From positions 1,325-65,324 of the forward strand of contig JANWHN010000055.1 of NCBI GenBank assembly GCA_025450445.1: a stretch of 64,000 bases of DNA, in the 5' to 3' direction. The translations under genes were made by a program, and so were the position numbers. The first letter of the stretch is position 1. Every line of letters starts with the position of its first letter. A model generated the notes under the pieces. The model did no database searches, was not told where the DNA came from, and worked only from the letters and a program-made list of their open reading frames with translations. This DNA comes from Anaerolineales bacterium. GTDB taxonomy: Bacteria > Chloroflexota > Anaerolineae > Anaerolineales > UBA11579. Positions 54,619 through 63,595 of this stretch are shown here, one piece after another.

Positions 54619-55859
54619 TGTTTCGCACCTTCTTACGCAGGCTCTGGGCAAACGTGGGCACGGTGTTGCTTGCCTTCGCGCTTGCGTTTGCAGTCTGGAT
54701 ATCTGCAGTTGTTGCAGCTGACCCAAACGAGCAGCGCGATTACCCTAAGCCGCTTACGCTTGAGATCCGCGGCCAAAACCCCAGCATAATCCTACTCGGC
54801 AATTTGCCCCAGCAGGTTTCAGTCCGCTTGAGCGCTCCGGTTTCACTTTGGGAGCAGCTCAGCGGGGAAACCGATGCGCTGACTGCATTCATTGACCTCG
54901 GCGGACTGGAAGCGGGGGACCACACACTTCCCGTGCAAATCGATTCCGATCTGAGCCCATTGCGTGTTGTGCAAGTGCTGCCCAACGAAGTAACCCTGGA
55001 ATTGCAGCCGCGCGCAGTTCGCGAATTCACGATCACCCCTCAGGTAGAAGGTGAGCCGGCTCTGGGCTTTCAGGCGGGAGAGCTGTTGATCGATCCCGAA
55101 ATGGCAACTGTCACCGGACCGCAAAGCTTGCTTCTCCAGGTTGCCGAGGTGATAGCTCCTCTGAACGTAGCGGAAGCGACCGAGCCGATTGTGCGCGAGG
55201 TCGAATTGCAAGCCGTCGACCTGGATGGCAACGTTCTGAGCGGTCTCACTATTGAGCCCAGCGTCGTCGCTGTGGATTTAAGCATTCGCCAGGCGGGTGG
55301 CTATCGCACCGTGGCCGTGCGGGTTGAGACCATCGGGCAGCCGGCTAGCGGCTACCGAGTAACCAACATCGCAGTCACGCCCACAGTCGTGGTTTTGTTT
55401 TCAACCGACCAGCAACTCATTGACAGCTTGCCGGGGTTTGTTAGCACCCTCGGCGTGGATCTGACAAATATACAAAATGATCTCGAAACACGACTTTCGC
55501 TTGCGCTCCCCGAGGGAGTCATCCTGGTTGGTGACGAGCAAAGCGTCGAAGTTGTCATTGGCGTTGCCCCGATCGAGAGCAGTGTGCTGGTGACCTTCCA
55601 AGTCGAAGTGGTTGGGTTGGCCACCGGCTTTGAGTCCCAGTTATCCCCGCAAACTGTTTCCGTGGTCATCTCTGGTCCGCTTTCTGTGTTGCAGGGCTTG
55701 GGGCCGAATGACATGCGCTTCTTTGTCAGAGTAACTGGCCTGCCGGCCGGCGTCCATTTATTGGAACCCCAGGCGGAGATCCTACGCGAGGACCTGCAGG
55801 TCCTTTCGATCACCCCAAGCTCGATCGAAGTAGTCATCTCTCGCAGTCAGACTCAATAG
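54618..55859 (+). CDS. cdaR: YbbR-repeat protein (CdaR-like regulator of CdaA)
   Basis: TM anchor plus four repeats of the YbbR-like beta module. TAATG coupling to cdaA. Confidence 0.8.
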   Translation: MFRTFLRRLWANVGTVLLAFALAFAVWISAVVAADPNEQRDYPKPLTLEIRGQNPSIILLGNLPQQVSVRLSAPVSLWEQLSGETDALTAFIDLGGLEAGDHTLPVQIDSDLSPLRVVQVLPNEVTLELQPRAVREFTITPQVEGEPALGFQAGELLIDPEMATVTGPQSLLLQVAEVIAPLNVAEATEPIVREVELQAVDLDGNVLSGLTIEPSVVAVDLSIRQAGGYRTVAVRVETIGQPASGYRVTNIAVTPTVVVLFSTDQQLIDSLPGFVSTLGVDLTNIQNDLETRLSLALPEGVILVGDEQSVEVVIGVAPIESSVLVTFQVEVVGLATGFESQLSPQTVSVVISGPLSVLQGLGPNDMRFFVRVTGLPAGVHLLEPQAEILREDLQVLSITPSSIEVVISRSQTQ

Positions 55860-55861
55860 AT

Positions 55862-57244
55862 ATGCCCAAACCAATCGTTGCCATTGTTGGCCGTCCCAAC
55901 GTTGGCAAGAGCACTTTATTTAACCGCCTGGCCGGCGAACGCCTGGCTGTGGTTGATGACGTCGCCGGTACGACCCGCGATCGCTTGCATACTGAAGCCG
56001 AATGGGCCGGAGTCCCCTTCGTTATTGTTGATACGGGCGGCATTGATCCGATCAAGGTGGGGGGCAAAGGCGCAAAACGCAGGCCTTTATCTGTTGGCTC
56101 GGCTGATTTTGTTGAACAGATTCGCGACCAAGCCAAAATGGCGATCCGCGATGCGGACGCGATCATCTTTGTGGTGGATGTCGAAAGCGGGGTAACTCCG
56201 GCCGATCTCGAAGTTGCCGAGATCCTGCGCCGCGAACAACGCAAAGTTGATGGCACCCTTCAGCCTCCAGTCATACTCGCCGTAAACAAAACCGACTCCG
56301 CCGCCCGCCGCCAGGATGTGCCCGCGTTCTATGAGCTCGGCATGGGCGAGCCGTACCCGGTTTCGGGAATCCATGGCAGCGGAACGGGTGACATGCTCGA
56401 CGTCCTGATCAGCTCTCTTGACCGAAAAGAAGAAGTGGACACGACAGGGGAACAGGATCTTTCTATCGCGATCCTGGGAAAGCCTAATGTTGGCAAGTCG
56501 ACACTCTTCAATGCCCTGGTCGGCGAAGAGCGGGTCATCGTCAGCGATATCCCGGGAACCACCCGCGATTCCATTGACACGATTCTCGAATGGAACGACA
56601 AAAAAATTCGGCTGATCGACACGGCAGGTTTGCGCAAGCGGGGCAGCATTGAACCTGGCGTCGAAAAATTCAGCAGTATCCGAACATTGAAGGCGATCGA
56701 GCGGGCGGATGTCTGCCTGCTGGTTATTGACGCGGTTGAAGGCATGACCGCGCAAGATGCGCATATAGGCGGCTACATTCAAGATGCATTGAAGAGCGCG
56801 GTCATCGTGGTGAACAAATGGGACGCGATCAGCAAAGATAACTTCACGATGGAAGACTTTACCAAGCGCGTCCGCCAAGACCTGAATTTTATCGGTTACG
56901 CCCCATTGATCTTTATTTCGGCAAAGACCGGCCAGCGGGTTAAGGAAGTTCTGCCTCTCGCTACGAAAGTGGGTGAGGAGCGGTTAGCAAAAATGACGAC
57001 CTCGCAACTCAACAAGATACTTGGAGAAGCGCAAGATAAACAACCGCCACCGACTCGTTCGGGTCGCCAGCTCAAGATCTACTATGGCACCCAGGTGCGC
57101 AGCGACCCGCCGACCTTTTTGATTTACGTGAACGATTACAAGCTGGTCCACTTTACTTACAAACGCTATCTGGAGAATCAGATCCGGGCGGTGCACAGCT
57201 TTTTGGGTACACCGATCCGGCTGGTGTTCAAAGCGCGCGAGTAG
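55862..57244 (+). CDS. der: Ribosome-associated GTPase Der/EngA (two G domains + KH-like domain)
   Basis: GRPNVGKST, DTGG, NKTD; GKPNVGKST, DTAG, NKWD. Confidence 0.95.
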   Translation: MPKPIVAIVGRPNVGKSTLFNRLAGERLAVVDDVAGTTRDRLHTEAEWAGVPFVIVDTGGIDPIKVGGKGAKRRPLSVGSADFVEQIRDQAKMAIRDADAIIFVVDVESGVTPADLEVAEILRREQRKVDGTLQPPVILAVNKTDSAARRQDVPAFYELGMGEPYPVSGIHGSGTGDMLDVLISSLDRKEEVDTTGEQDLSIAILGKPNVGKSTLFNALVGEERVIVSDIPGTTRDSIDTILEWNDKKIRLIDTAGLRKRGSIEPGVEKFSSIRTLKAIERADVCLLVIDAVEGMTAQDAHIGGYIQDALKSAVIVVNKWDAISKDNFTMEDFTKRVRQDLNFIGYAPLIFISAKTGQRVKEVLPLATKVGEERLAKMTTSQLNKILGEAQDKQPPPTRSGRQLKIYYGTQVRSDPPTFLIYVNDYKLVHFTYKRYLENQIRAVHSFLGTPIRLVFKARE

Positions 57245-57435
57245 CGGGCGGTGAAGACGGGGATCGAGTTCCGCAAATATCATCATCACTGGCTGGATAG
57301 AGGGTTTCGTTAAAAGTTAAATAGGTGTGGGTCTTTCCCCGGCAGAAGATAGATGGTATTGGTAAACATATTGCAGATATCTAAGCAAAATGTTGCGAAA
57401 AATAGTGAAAGCTCGACCAAATGTCAAGCAACAAA

Positions 57436-57462
57436 AAGGCGCAAAGTTTGCGCCCTTTTTTC
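57436..57462. terminator. Bidirectional intrinsic terminator
   Basis: A-run, stem GGCGCAAA/TTTGCGCC, then T7. Confidence 0.65.
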
Positions 57463-57489
57463 TACGATGCGGTGGTTGGGGATCCGTGG

Positions 57490-57942
57490 CTACTTCGCTG
57501 AGTTGACCAGCGAAGTTAGCGTCTTTGTGACGCCTTGCAATTCGGCGGCATGCCCCTTTAGGCGACTTACATCGCCGGTCTTGAGGCCTACTTTCACATC
57601 TGAGATGGCGCCGGCTGTCTTAGCGTTGTTATCTATGATCTGTTGGGTCCAGCGCTCAAGATTGACCAACAGGTCACGGGCTTGTTTGGGCACAATGGGC
57701 AAGTTCTGGACAACTGGCAGGATTAGGTCGAGGAATTGGTTGGCGGTGCCGGCATATTTGACTGTCAGGGTATGCAGGCTGCCGATGGCTTCCGTTAGTT
57801 CCAGCGCGACTTCCTGAATCGAATCGATCATCGTCTGGTGTTCCTGGACCATGTCGGCAATGTTGTTGAGCGATCCGCTCAGTTGGTCTGAGAAACGAAC
57901 GTAACCCTTGGCGGGGCGGATGGGAAGTTTTGGCGTTGGCAT
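57490..57942 (-). CDS. All-helical hypothetical protein, unknown function
   Basis: AAGGAGA Shine-Dalgarno upstream and a terminator downstream; heptad-like Leu/Ile/Val spacing. Confidence 0.55.
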   Translation of the reverse strand: MPTPKLPIRPAKGYVRFSDQLSGSLNNIADMVQEHQTMIDSIQEVALELTEAIGSLHTLTVKYAGTANQFLDLILPVVQNLPIVPKQARDLLVNLERWTQQIIDNNAKTAGAISDVKVGLKTGDVSRLKGHAAELQGVTKTLTSLVNSAK

Positions 57943-57989
57943 TTGGTCTCCTTGGTTTTCTGCCAGTATAAAACAAGCTTGCCAGTTAA

Positions 57990-58026
57990 ATAAAAGAGCC
58001 CGCGTTAGCGGGCTCTTTTATTTTTA
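57990..58026 (-). terminator. Intrinsic terminator after the DUF1328-like gene
   Basis: Stem GAGCCCGC/GCGGGCTC flanked by A/T runs. Confidence 0.65.
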
Positions 58027-58033
58027 GGTTGGG

Positions 58034-58198
58034 TTAGGCCAATGGGCGGCGGCCAAATAGCAAGGAAACAACGAACAAGATTAGGACCAGAACGAAAAGG
58101 ATTTCGGCGATGCTCGAAGCTGTCCCGGCTAGTCCACCAAACCCCAGCACACCGGCAATCAAAGCGATGATCAAAAAGGTAAGCGCCCAACTAAGCAT
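58034..58198 (-). CDS. 54-aa 2-TM membrane protein of the UPF0391/DUF1328 type (not in the supplied ORF track)
   Basis: My translation: [61 protein letters not shown] Shine-Dalgarno 5 nt upstream. Confidence 0.75.
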   Translation of the reverse strand: MLSWALTFLIIALIAGVLGFGGLAGTASSIAEILFVLVLILFVVSLLFGRRPLA

Positions 58199-58357
58199 TA
58201 ATGCTCCTTTCTGGGCAGTTTGGCCTTGTTATCCTCTAAAACGTCAGGTCCCCAGTTGCGGTTATGGGTATTGACAGAAGGCCCAGAATTCGGTTATCCT
58301 AATGGTATAGGACATGTTGGAATAGGTTGGTATAATCAGATGCGGCATTCAATAGAG

Positions 58358-59131
58358 ATGACTGAAGGGCCTCTATACCAGGCCGTTTCGGATTCCATTC
58401 TCGAGCAGATCCGTCGTGGCGAGCTAAAACCCCACCAGCGGATCCCTTCGGAGAGCGAACTCACTACTTTATATGGGGTGGGTCGCAACACGATCCGGCA
58501 TGCCCTTGCCGATCTGGCCTCAAAAGGATTTTTGCGTACTGTCCAGGGCGTGGGAACTTTTGTGACTGAGCCCTTGATCAGTAAAACAGCGGAATACCTA
58601 CTCGGATTCACGCAAGAGATGCAAATGCAAGGCAAGGGCGTGAGCAGCAAGGTCTTGGAGGCCAAAATCGTCTCGGCTGATCCATTTCTCGCACGGCGGC
58701 TAGGCCTTCAACTTGGGGCTGAGGTCGTCTACTTGGCTCGGTTGCGCTATATGGATGGGGAGCCGACCGCCATCGAGCGAGCGCACTTGCCGCATGAGCT
58801 CTGTCCAGGCATTCTCGCTTATGACTTTTCGCAGGCTTCCTTGTACCAAGTACTGGCCGAGAAATACAATCGCAAGCCCGACCACGCTGAGCAAGAAATT
58901 GAAGCAAGCCTCGCCACACCGCAAGTCGCTGAGATGCTAAACCTGACCTCGCCGGCGGTTGTTTTCGTTTTCCATCGCGAAACGCTGCTTGCGGATGGGC
59001 GCGTGATCGAATATGTGGACAGCGAAGTGCGCGCTGACCATTTCCGCTTCTATACGAATCTCAAATTGCATGCGCCAGTGCAGGATTTCGGTTTCCGCCG
59101 CCTGCCCATATCCACCTCAGTTGGCTCTTGA
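58358..59131 (+). CDS. GntR-family (HutC/UTRA subfamily) transcriptional regulator
   Basis: LPSESELTTLYGVGRNTIRHALADL winged-helix domain plus a UTRA-like C-terminal domain. The start is uncertain (ATG 58358 or 58340); TATAAT lies at 58331-58336. Confidence 0.85.
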   Translation: MTEGPLYQAVSDSILEQIRRGELKPHQRIPSESELTTLYGVGRNTIRHALADLASKGFLRTVQGVGTFVTEPLISKTAEYLLGFTQEMQMQGKGVSSKVLEAKIVSADPFLARRLGLQLGAEVVYLARLRYMDGEPTAIERAHLPHELCPGILAYDFSQASLYQVLAEKYNRKPDHAEQEIEASLATPQVAEMLNLTSPAVVFVFHRETLLADGRVIEYVDSEVRADHFRFYTNLKLHAPVQDFGFRRLPISTSVGS

Positions 59132-59137
59132 AAGCGG

Positions 59138-59166
59138 TTGTGCGCCCCTCTAGCCGTCCCTATAAT
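59138..59166 (+). promoter_or_regulatory. Candidate promoter TTGTGC-N17-TATAAT of the microcompartment operon, only 8 nt from the ATG
   Basis: Hexamers at 59138-59143 and 59161-59166. The rpiB ATG is at 59175, implying a leaderless or near-leaderless mRNA. Confidence 0.5.
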
Positions 59167-59174
59167 CCCTTCCG

Positions 59175-59729
59175 ATGACAACTGTCTCTGATTCCGAGGT
59201 TCAACAGATCGTGCAGCGGGTCGTGGCGCGGCTGCGTCCGGAGGGGGAGGCTGTTTTTGTTTCCCAGCCAAAGACCGGAGGCACGGAAAACGTGGTCGCC
59301 ATAGGGTCCGATCACGGCGGCTTTGCACTTAAAGGCGAATTGAAACTTTATTTGGTGGGCAATGGCTACGAAGTATTTGATTGTGGCACCAACAGCGCTG
59401 AAGCCGTTGACTATCCGGATTTTGCCGAAGCCGTGGCTCGCAAAGTAAGCAGCGGCGAAGCCTGGCGCGGCGTGATCGTGGATGGGGCCGGCATTGGCAG
59501 CTGCATGGCAGCCCACAAGGTCCCCGGCGTGCGTGCGGCGATGTGTTACGACCATGCCACCGCGGTCAACAGTCGCGAGCACAACGACGCCAATGTACTG
59601 ACCCTGGGCGCTGGGCTTATCGGGCCGACGCTGGCACGCCAGATCGTGAACACCTGGCTGCTCACAGAATTTGGCGGCGGCCGCCATTCCAAACGCGTTG
59701 ACAAGATTATGGCAATAGAGAGTCACTAA
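59175..59729 (+). CDS. rpiB: RpiB/LacAB-family sugar-phosphate isomerase with an N-terminal extension of about 40 aa (encapsulation-peptide-like)
   Basis: The core starts at [14 protein letters not shown], followed by [12 protein letters not shown] and [10 protein letters not shown]. The extension is [14 protein letters not shown] plus a linker. Confidence 0.85.
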   Translation: MTTVSDSEVQQIVQRVVARLRPEGEAVFVSQPKTGGTENVVAIGSDHGGFALKGELKLYLVGNGYEVFDCGTNSAEAVDYPDFAEAVARKVSSGEAWRGVIVDGAGIGSCMAAHKVPGVRAAMCYDHATAVNSREHNDANVLTLGAGLIGPTLARQIVNTWLLTEFGGGRHSKRVDKIMAIESH

Positions 59730-60667
59730 TGGCTCCGGATTCTGAGAATGTACGCAAGATCGTTGAGATTGTCACCCGTGAAGTGCTTTTGGCCCTGGCT
59801 GAAGATGAACAGCGCCACCAACATGTTCACGGAGAAAGCTGCGCAGAAGAATGCGCGGATGGTGTTTGCGTGAAAACTTGTTTTGATCGAGTTGGTAGGG
59901 TCATCAGCGCTGGCGCGGAACGTATCACCTCCTCGCTCGGTGGCATTCCGCATGATCCGAGCGTAGCTGGCATGATCGACCACACGCTGCTCAAACCCGA
60001 CGCAACGCCGGACCAGGTTGCACAGCTCTGTTACGAAGCGCGCAAGTTTAATTTCGCTTCTGTATGTGTGAACCCATCCTACGTAAAACTTTGCGCCGAT
60101 CTATTGAAAGGCAGCCCGGTCAAAGTTTGCACTGTGATCGGCTTCCCGCTGGGTGCATCCGCCCCGGACGTGAAGATGTTCGAGACGGAGACTGCGTTGC
60201 GCGAAGGCGCCACAGAGATCGACATGGTGATTAATATCGGCGCTCTCAAGGGGCGCGATTACACATTAGTCGCTCGTGACATAGCTGGGGTAGTGCACGT
60301 AGCCCACGAAGCCGGCGCGTTGGTCAAAGTAATTATTGAGACCGCATTGCTAAATGAAGAAGAGAAGATCACCGCATGCCTGCTGGCAAAAGAAGCCGGC
60401 GCCGATTACGTGAAAACTTCGACAGGATTTTCCGGTGGGGGCGCGACAGTTGCCGATATTGCCCTAATGCGCCGCGTGGTCGGTCCGGAAATGGGCGTCA
60501 AGGCTTCGGGCGGCGTGAAGGATTACGCCGACGCCAAGAGCCTGATGGACGCAGGGGCGACTCGCATCGGCGCCAGCGCCGGTGTCAAGATTGTTGCTGG
60601 CGAAAAAGAAATGGCCACCACCCGCGTGCAAGCCGTTAAGATGCTTGAACCTGCGAAGGCTTATTAG
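59729..60667 (+). CDS. deoC: Deoxyribose-phosphate aldolase (class I) with an N-terminal extension of about 85 aa (encapsulation-peptide-like helix + Cys-rich linker)
   Basis: [42 protein letters not shown]. The extension is [18 protein letters not shown]...[14 protein letters not shown]. Confidence 0.9.
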   Translation: MAPDSENVRKIVEIVTREVLLALAEDEQRHQHVHGESCAEECADGVCVKTCFDRVGRVISAGAERITSSLGGIPHDPSVAGMIDHTLLKPDATPDQVAQLCYEARKFNFASVCVNPSYVKLCADLLKGSPVKVCTVIGFPLGASAPDVKMFETETALREGATEIDMVINIGALKGRDYTLVARDIAGVVHVAHEAGALVKVIIETALLNEEEKITACLLAKEAGADYVKTSTGFSGGGATVADIALMRRVVGPEMGVKASGGVKDYADAKSLMDAGATRIGASAGVKIVAGEKEMATTRVQAVKMLEPAKAY

Positions 60668-60673
60668 GAGACT

Positions 60674-60964
60674 ATGTTAATTGCGAAGGTGATCGGCACC
60701 ACGGTGGCAAGCATCAAAGACGAGAAGCTCGAGGGGCGCAAGCTGCTAATCTGTCGCGAAACCGACGAGACTGGCAAGGCGACCGGCAAGCCCTACGTGG
60801 CAGTCGATAGCGTGGATGCGGGCATCGGCGACCTGGTGCTAACTGCTCACGGCTCCAGCGGCCGTCAAACATATCTCACCAAGGATTCGCCCGTGGATGC
60901 GGTGATCATGGCGGTGATCGATTCTCTTCAGGTTGATGGCAAAGAAGTGTTTCGCAAGAGTTAG
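60674..60964 (+). CDS. BMC-P pentameric vertex shell protein (EutN/CcmL family)
   Basis: MLIAKVIGTVVASIKDEKLEGRKLL...AVDSVDAGIGDLVL. Confidence 0.9.
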   Translation: MLIAKVIGTTVASIKDEKLEGRKLLICRETDETGKATGKPYVAVDSVDAGIGDLVLTAHGSSGRQTYLTKDSPVDAVIMAVIDSLQVDGKEVFRKS

Positions 60965-60975
60965 GCGAGGCAACT

Positions 60976-62448
60976 ATGGCTGAACTAGACAAAGACCTGC
61001 GCTCCATCCAAGAAGCCCGCTCAATGGTTGAGCAGGCTTATGCTGCCCAGAAAATTTGGGCCAAGGCTACGCAAGAAGAAGTGGATCGGGTTTGCTCAGC
61101 CATGGTTGATGCTGCGTTCAACGCATCTGAGCGACTTGGCCGAATGGCCAGCGAAGAGACCGGCTATGGTGTTCCCGAGCACAAGAAGTTAAAGAACCAA
61201 TTCGCGTCTCGGCATGTGTGGGAAAGCATCAAGGACGTCAAGACTGTTGGCGTTGTGCGCCACGACCCGCAGACGCGGGTCTACGACATCGCCTGGCCGA
61301 TGGGCGTGGTGGCTGCGCTAACCCCGAGCACCAATCCCACCTCGACAACGATCAACAAGATCCTCATTTCGGTGAAGGCGCGCAACGGCGTCATCGTCGC
61401 CCCCCATCCTTCGGCAGTGAATTGCTGCGTGGAGACGGCTAAGCTGATGGCGCAGGCCGCGGCGCAAGCTGGGGCGCCAGAAGGCTTGATCCATTGCATG
61501 TCCCAGGTCAGCCTGCAGGGCACCAATGAGCTGATGAGCCATCGTCACACCGCGGTGATTTTAGCGACTGGCGGCAGCCCGATGGTGCGGGCTGCTCATT
61601 CGCAGGGCAAACCGGCATATGGCGTTGGTCCGGGCAATGTGCCGGCCTATGTCGATCGCAGCGCGGATCTCGAAAAGGCGGCCCGTTACATCGTTGCCAG
61701 TAAAGCCTTTGACTTCTCTGTGATCTGCGCGACCGAGCAGGCCGCAATTGTTGACCGCCCTGTGGCTGAGCGCTTCGAACAATTGATGAAGAACGAAGGC
61801 GCTTATTTTATGGACGAAGCGCAAACGCAGGCGATGCGGACAACTCTCTTTCATCCTGATGGCAGCATCAATACCGCCACGGTTGGCAAATCGGCGCAAG
61901 TTTTGGCTGGAATGGCAGGGTTCAGCGTTCCGAGCAATGCCCGCATCCTTGTCGCCCGTTTGGAAAAAGTCGGTCGCGAGGAACCGCTGTCGCGTGAAAA
62001 ATTGACAACCGTGCTCGGCTGGTACTTGGTTGACGGCTGGGAGCAGGGCTGCGATCGGGCCATTGAAATGATCATGTTCGGTGGGCGTGGCCATAGTGTG
62101 ATCGTGCACACCACTGACGACAAAATCGCCATGGCATTTGGTCTGGAGAAACCCGTTTTCCGCATAGGTGTAAACACGATGGGCACACTCGGCACGATCG
62201 GTCTCACCACTAAAGTGATGCCGTCCATGACCCTCGGTTCCGGCGGCATCGGTGGCGCGATCACAGGCGACAACATCACTGTCCATCACTTATTCAATAT
62301 CAAGCGCCTGGCTTATGAAACCGTCGCCCCGCCGGATTCAGCGATGCGACCTGGAAGCAGATCGGCCGGTCCTCTGTTTGGACCCGATGCACAACAGATC
62401 GAAAAAATTGTCGCAGAAGTAGTCAAGGACATCCTGCGCGCACGATGA
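60976..62448 (+). CDS. CoA-acylating aldehyde dehydrogenase (PduP/EutE type) with a C-terminal encapsulation-peptide-like helix
   Basis: IQEARSMVEQAYAAQ, catalytic Cys block FDFSVICATEQA, and C-terminal tail AQQIEKIVAEVVKDILRA. Confidence 0.9.
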   Translation: MAELDKDLRSIQEARSMVEQAYAAQKIWAKATQEEVDRVCSAMVDAAFNASERLGRMASEETGYGVPEHKKLKNQFASRHVWESIKDVKTVGVVRHDPQTRVYDIAWPMGVVAALTPSTNPTSTTINKILISVKARNGVIVAPHPSAVNCCVETAKLMAQAAAQAGAPEGLIHCMSQVSLQGTNELMSHRHTAVILATGGSPMVRAAHSQGKPAYGVGPGNVPAYVDRSADLEKAARYIVASKAFDFSVICATEQAAIVDRPVAERFEQLMKNEGAYFMDEAQTQAMRTTLFHPDGSINTATVGKSAQVLAGMAGFSVPSNARILVARLEKVGREEPLSREKLTTVLGWYLVDGWEQGCDRAIEMIMFGGRGHSVIVHTTDDKIAMAFGLEKPVFRIGVNTMGTLGTIGLTTKVMPSMTLGSGGIGGAITGDNITVHHLFNIKRLAYETVAPPDSAMRPGSRSAGPLFGPDAQQIEKIVAEVVKDILRAR

Positions 62449-62495
62449 AAGAGCGCGAGCAAAAATTTTCGCAGCGTAGATAAAGGAGAGAAGAA

Positions 62496-62822
62496 ATGGC
62501 ACAAGAACTAGGTTTGATCGCTCTGGGCATGGTGGAAACCCGTGGCCTGGTGGGCGCCGTGGAGGCAGCTGACGCAATGGTCAAAGCTGCCAACGTGACG
62601 CTCATCGGCTCGGAGTATGTCGGCGGAGGCTTCGTGACCGTAATGGTCCGCGGCGACGTCGGCGCGGTGAAAGCCGCCACCGATGCAGGAGCCGCGGCAG
62701 CCAAGCGTATCGGCGAGCTCGTATCGGTGCATGTGATCCCGCGCCCGCACGAGAATGTCGAAATGATCTTGCCGCAAAGCAGCCGGGGTGGGTTTGGTGG
62801 CCGCACCGGGGCTAAGTCATAG
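62496..62822 (+). CDS. BMC-H hexameric shell protein (single BMC domain, PduA/EutM-like)
   Basis: [26 protein letters not shown]...[13 protein letters not shown]. Confidence 0.95.
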   Translation: MAQELGLIALGMVETRGLVGAVEAADAMVKAANVTLIGSEYVGGGFVTVMVRGDVGAVKAATDAGAAAAKRIGELVSVHVIPRPHENVEMILPQSSRGGFGGRTGAKS

Positions 62823-62830
62823 GTAGGGCG

Positions 62831-62892
62831 TAGACGTTGCCTGCTCGGCGCAGCCGAGCAGCAACTCTAGCGCGAACAGTTTCACCGTTCGC
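62831..62892 (+). repeat. Two-hairpin element, copy D, between the BMC-H and BMC-T genes
   Basis: TAGA(C)GTTGC(C)TGCTCGGC-gca-GCCGAGCAGCAACTCTA followed by GCGCGAACA-gtttcac-CGTTCGCA. Confidence 0.6.
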
Positions 62893-62963
62893 AACGCGAC
62901 GCCTGCCCTTTGCTCATTGCGCGCTGGATGGCGATTCGCGTTGCTCGAAGAATGGAGTAATTG

Positions 62964-63593
62964 ATGGCAGAAGAAAAATTTTCCTTACGCTGTTACTGCT
63001 ACCTGGATCGAATGCAGCCACAGTACGCAGCCTTCGTTGGCACGATCACTCAAGGTGATCTTCCTACGGAAGGGATGGCATCTCTGTATGTAGAGATGGC
63101 GCCCGGCAACGAGGCGTTCCGCATGGTGGATATCGCCGTTAAGGCGACCGAAGCCAAACCCGGCGCGCAGCTGGTCGAACGCGAATTCGGCATGTTCGAA
63201 GTCCATTCGCACAACCAGTCTGCAGTGCAAGAAGCTGGCAAAGCTGTGCTGGATCGCTTGGGTCTTAGGATCGAAGATCGCATCCGGCCAAAGATCGCTT
63301 CGATGCAAATCATCACCAATGTCGATCCTTATCAGGCGCAGTTGCTCAACCGCTTCCGCCGAGGCAGTATGCTCGTGCCCGGTGAGACGATGTTGGTCCT
63401 CGAAGTTGCGCCAGCTGCTTATATCAACCTGGCTTGCAACGAAGCTGAGAAGAAAGCTAGCATTAAAGTGATGCATGTTTCCTCAGTCGGGCGCTTTGGC
63501 CGCATGTGGCTGAGCGGATCTGAATCCGAGATCATCACTGCCAACGAGGCTGCGACCCAAGCGATGAACGCCCTTGAAGGAATTGACGGCTAA
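62964..63593 (+). CDS. Tandem BMC-domain shell protein (BMC-T type)
   Basis: Two BMC-like halves (...MVDIAVKATEA.. and ...LEVAPAAYINLACNEAEKKA...). GGAG Shine-Dalgarno before ATG 62964; the track start at 62961 is a TTG. Confidence 0.75.
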   Translation: MAEEKFSLRCYCYLDRMQPQYAAFVGTITQGDLPTEGMASLYVEMAPGNEAFRMVDIAVKATEAKPGAQLVEREFGMFEVHSHNQSAVQEAGKAVLDRLGLRIEDRIRPKIASMQIITNVDPYQAQLLNRFRRGSMLVPGETMLVLEVAPAAYINLACNEAEKKASIKVMHVSSVGRFGRMWLSGSESEIITANEAATQAMNALEGIDG

Positions 63594-63595
63594 TC

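Noticed and set aside
57399-57427. Minus-strand TTGACA-N17-TATTTT promoter-like sequence in the der / 57490 intergenic region.
   Set aside because: The only downstream products would be a 19-codon ORF without a Shine-Dalgarno and antisense der. There is no terminator or structured RNA that I can see, so this is probably a chance match in AT-richer spacer DNA.
57353-57817. 154-aa plus-strand ORF, and the 43235..43669 minus-strand ORF.
   Set aside because: The first crosses a bidirectional terminator and is antisense to the Shine-Dalgarno-preceded helical protein gene. The second spans the surE 3' end and an intergenic region, and has no motifs.
58285-58345. Possible HutC/GntR operator: TCCTA-atggta-TAGGA and TGGTATAGGACA / TGGTATAATCA half-sites upstream of the GntR gene.
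   Set aside because: There is only a 5-bp inverted repeat and loose similarity to TGGTCTAGACCA-type sites. No matching site is seen at the rpiB promoter, so the evidence is too weak to call.
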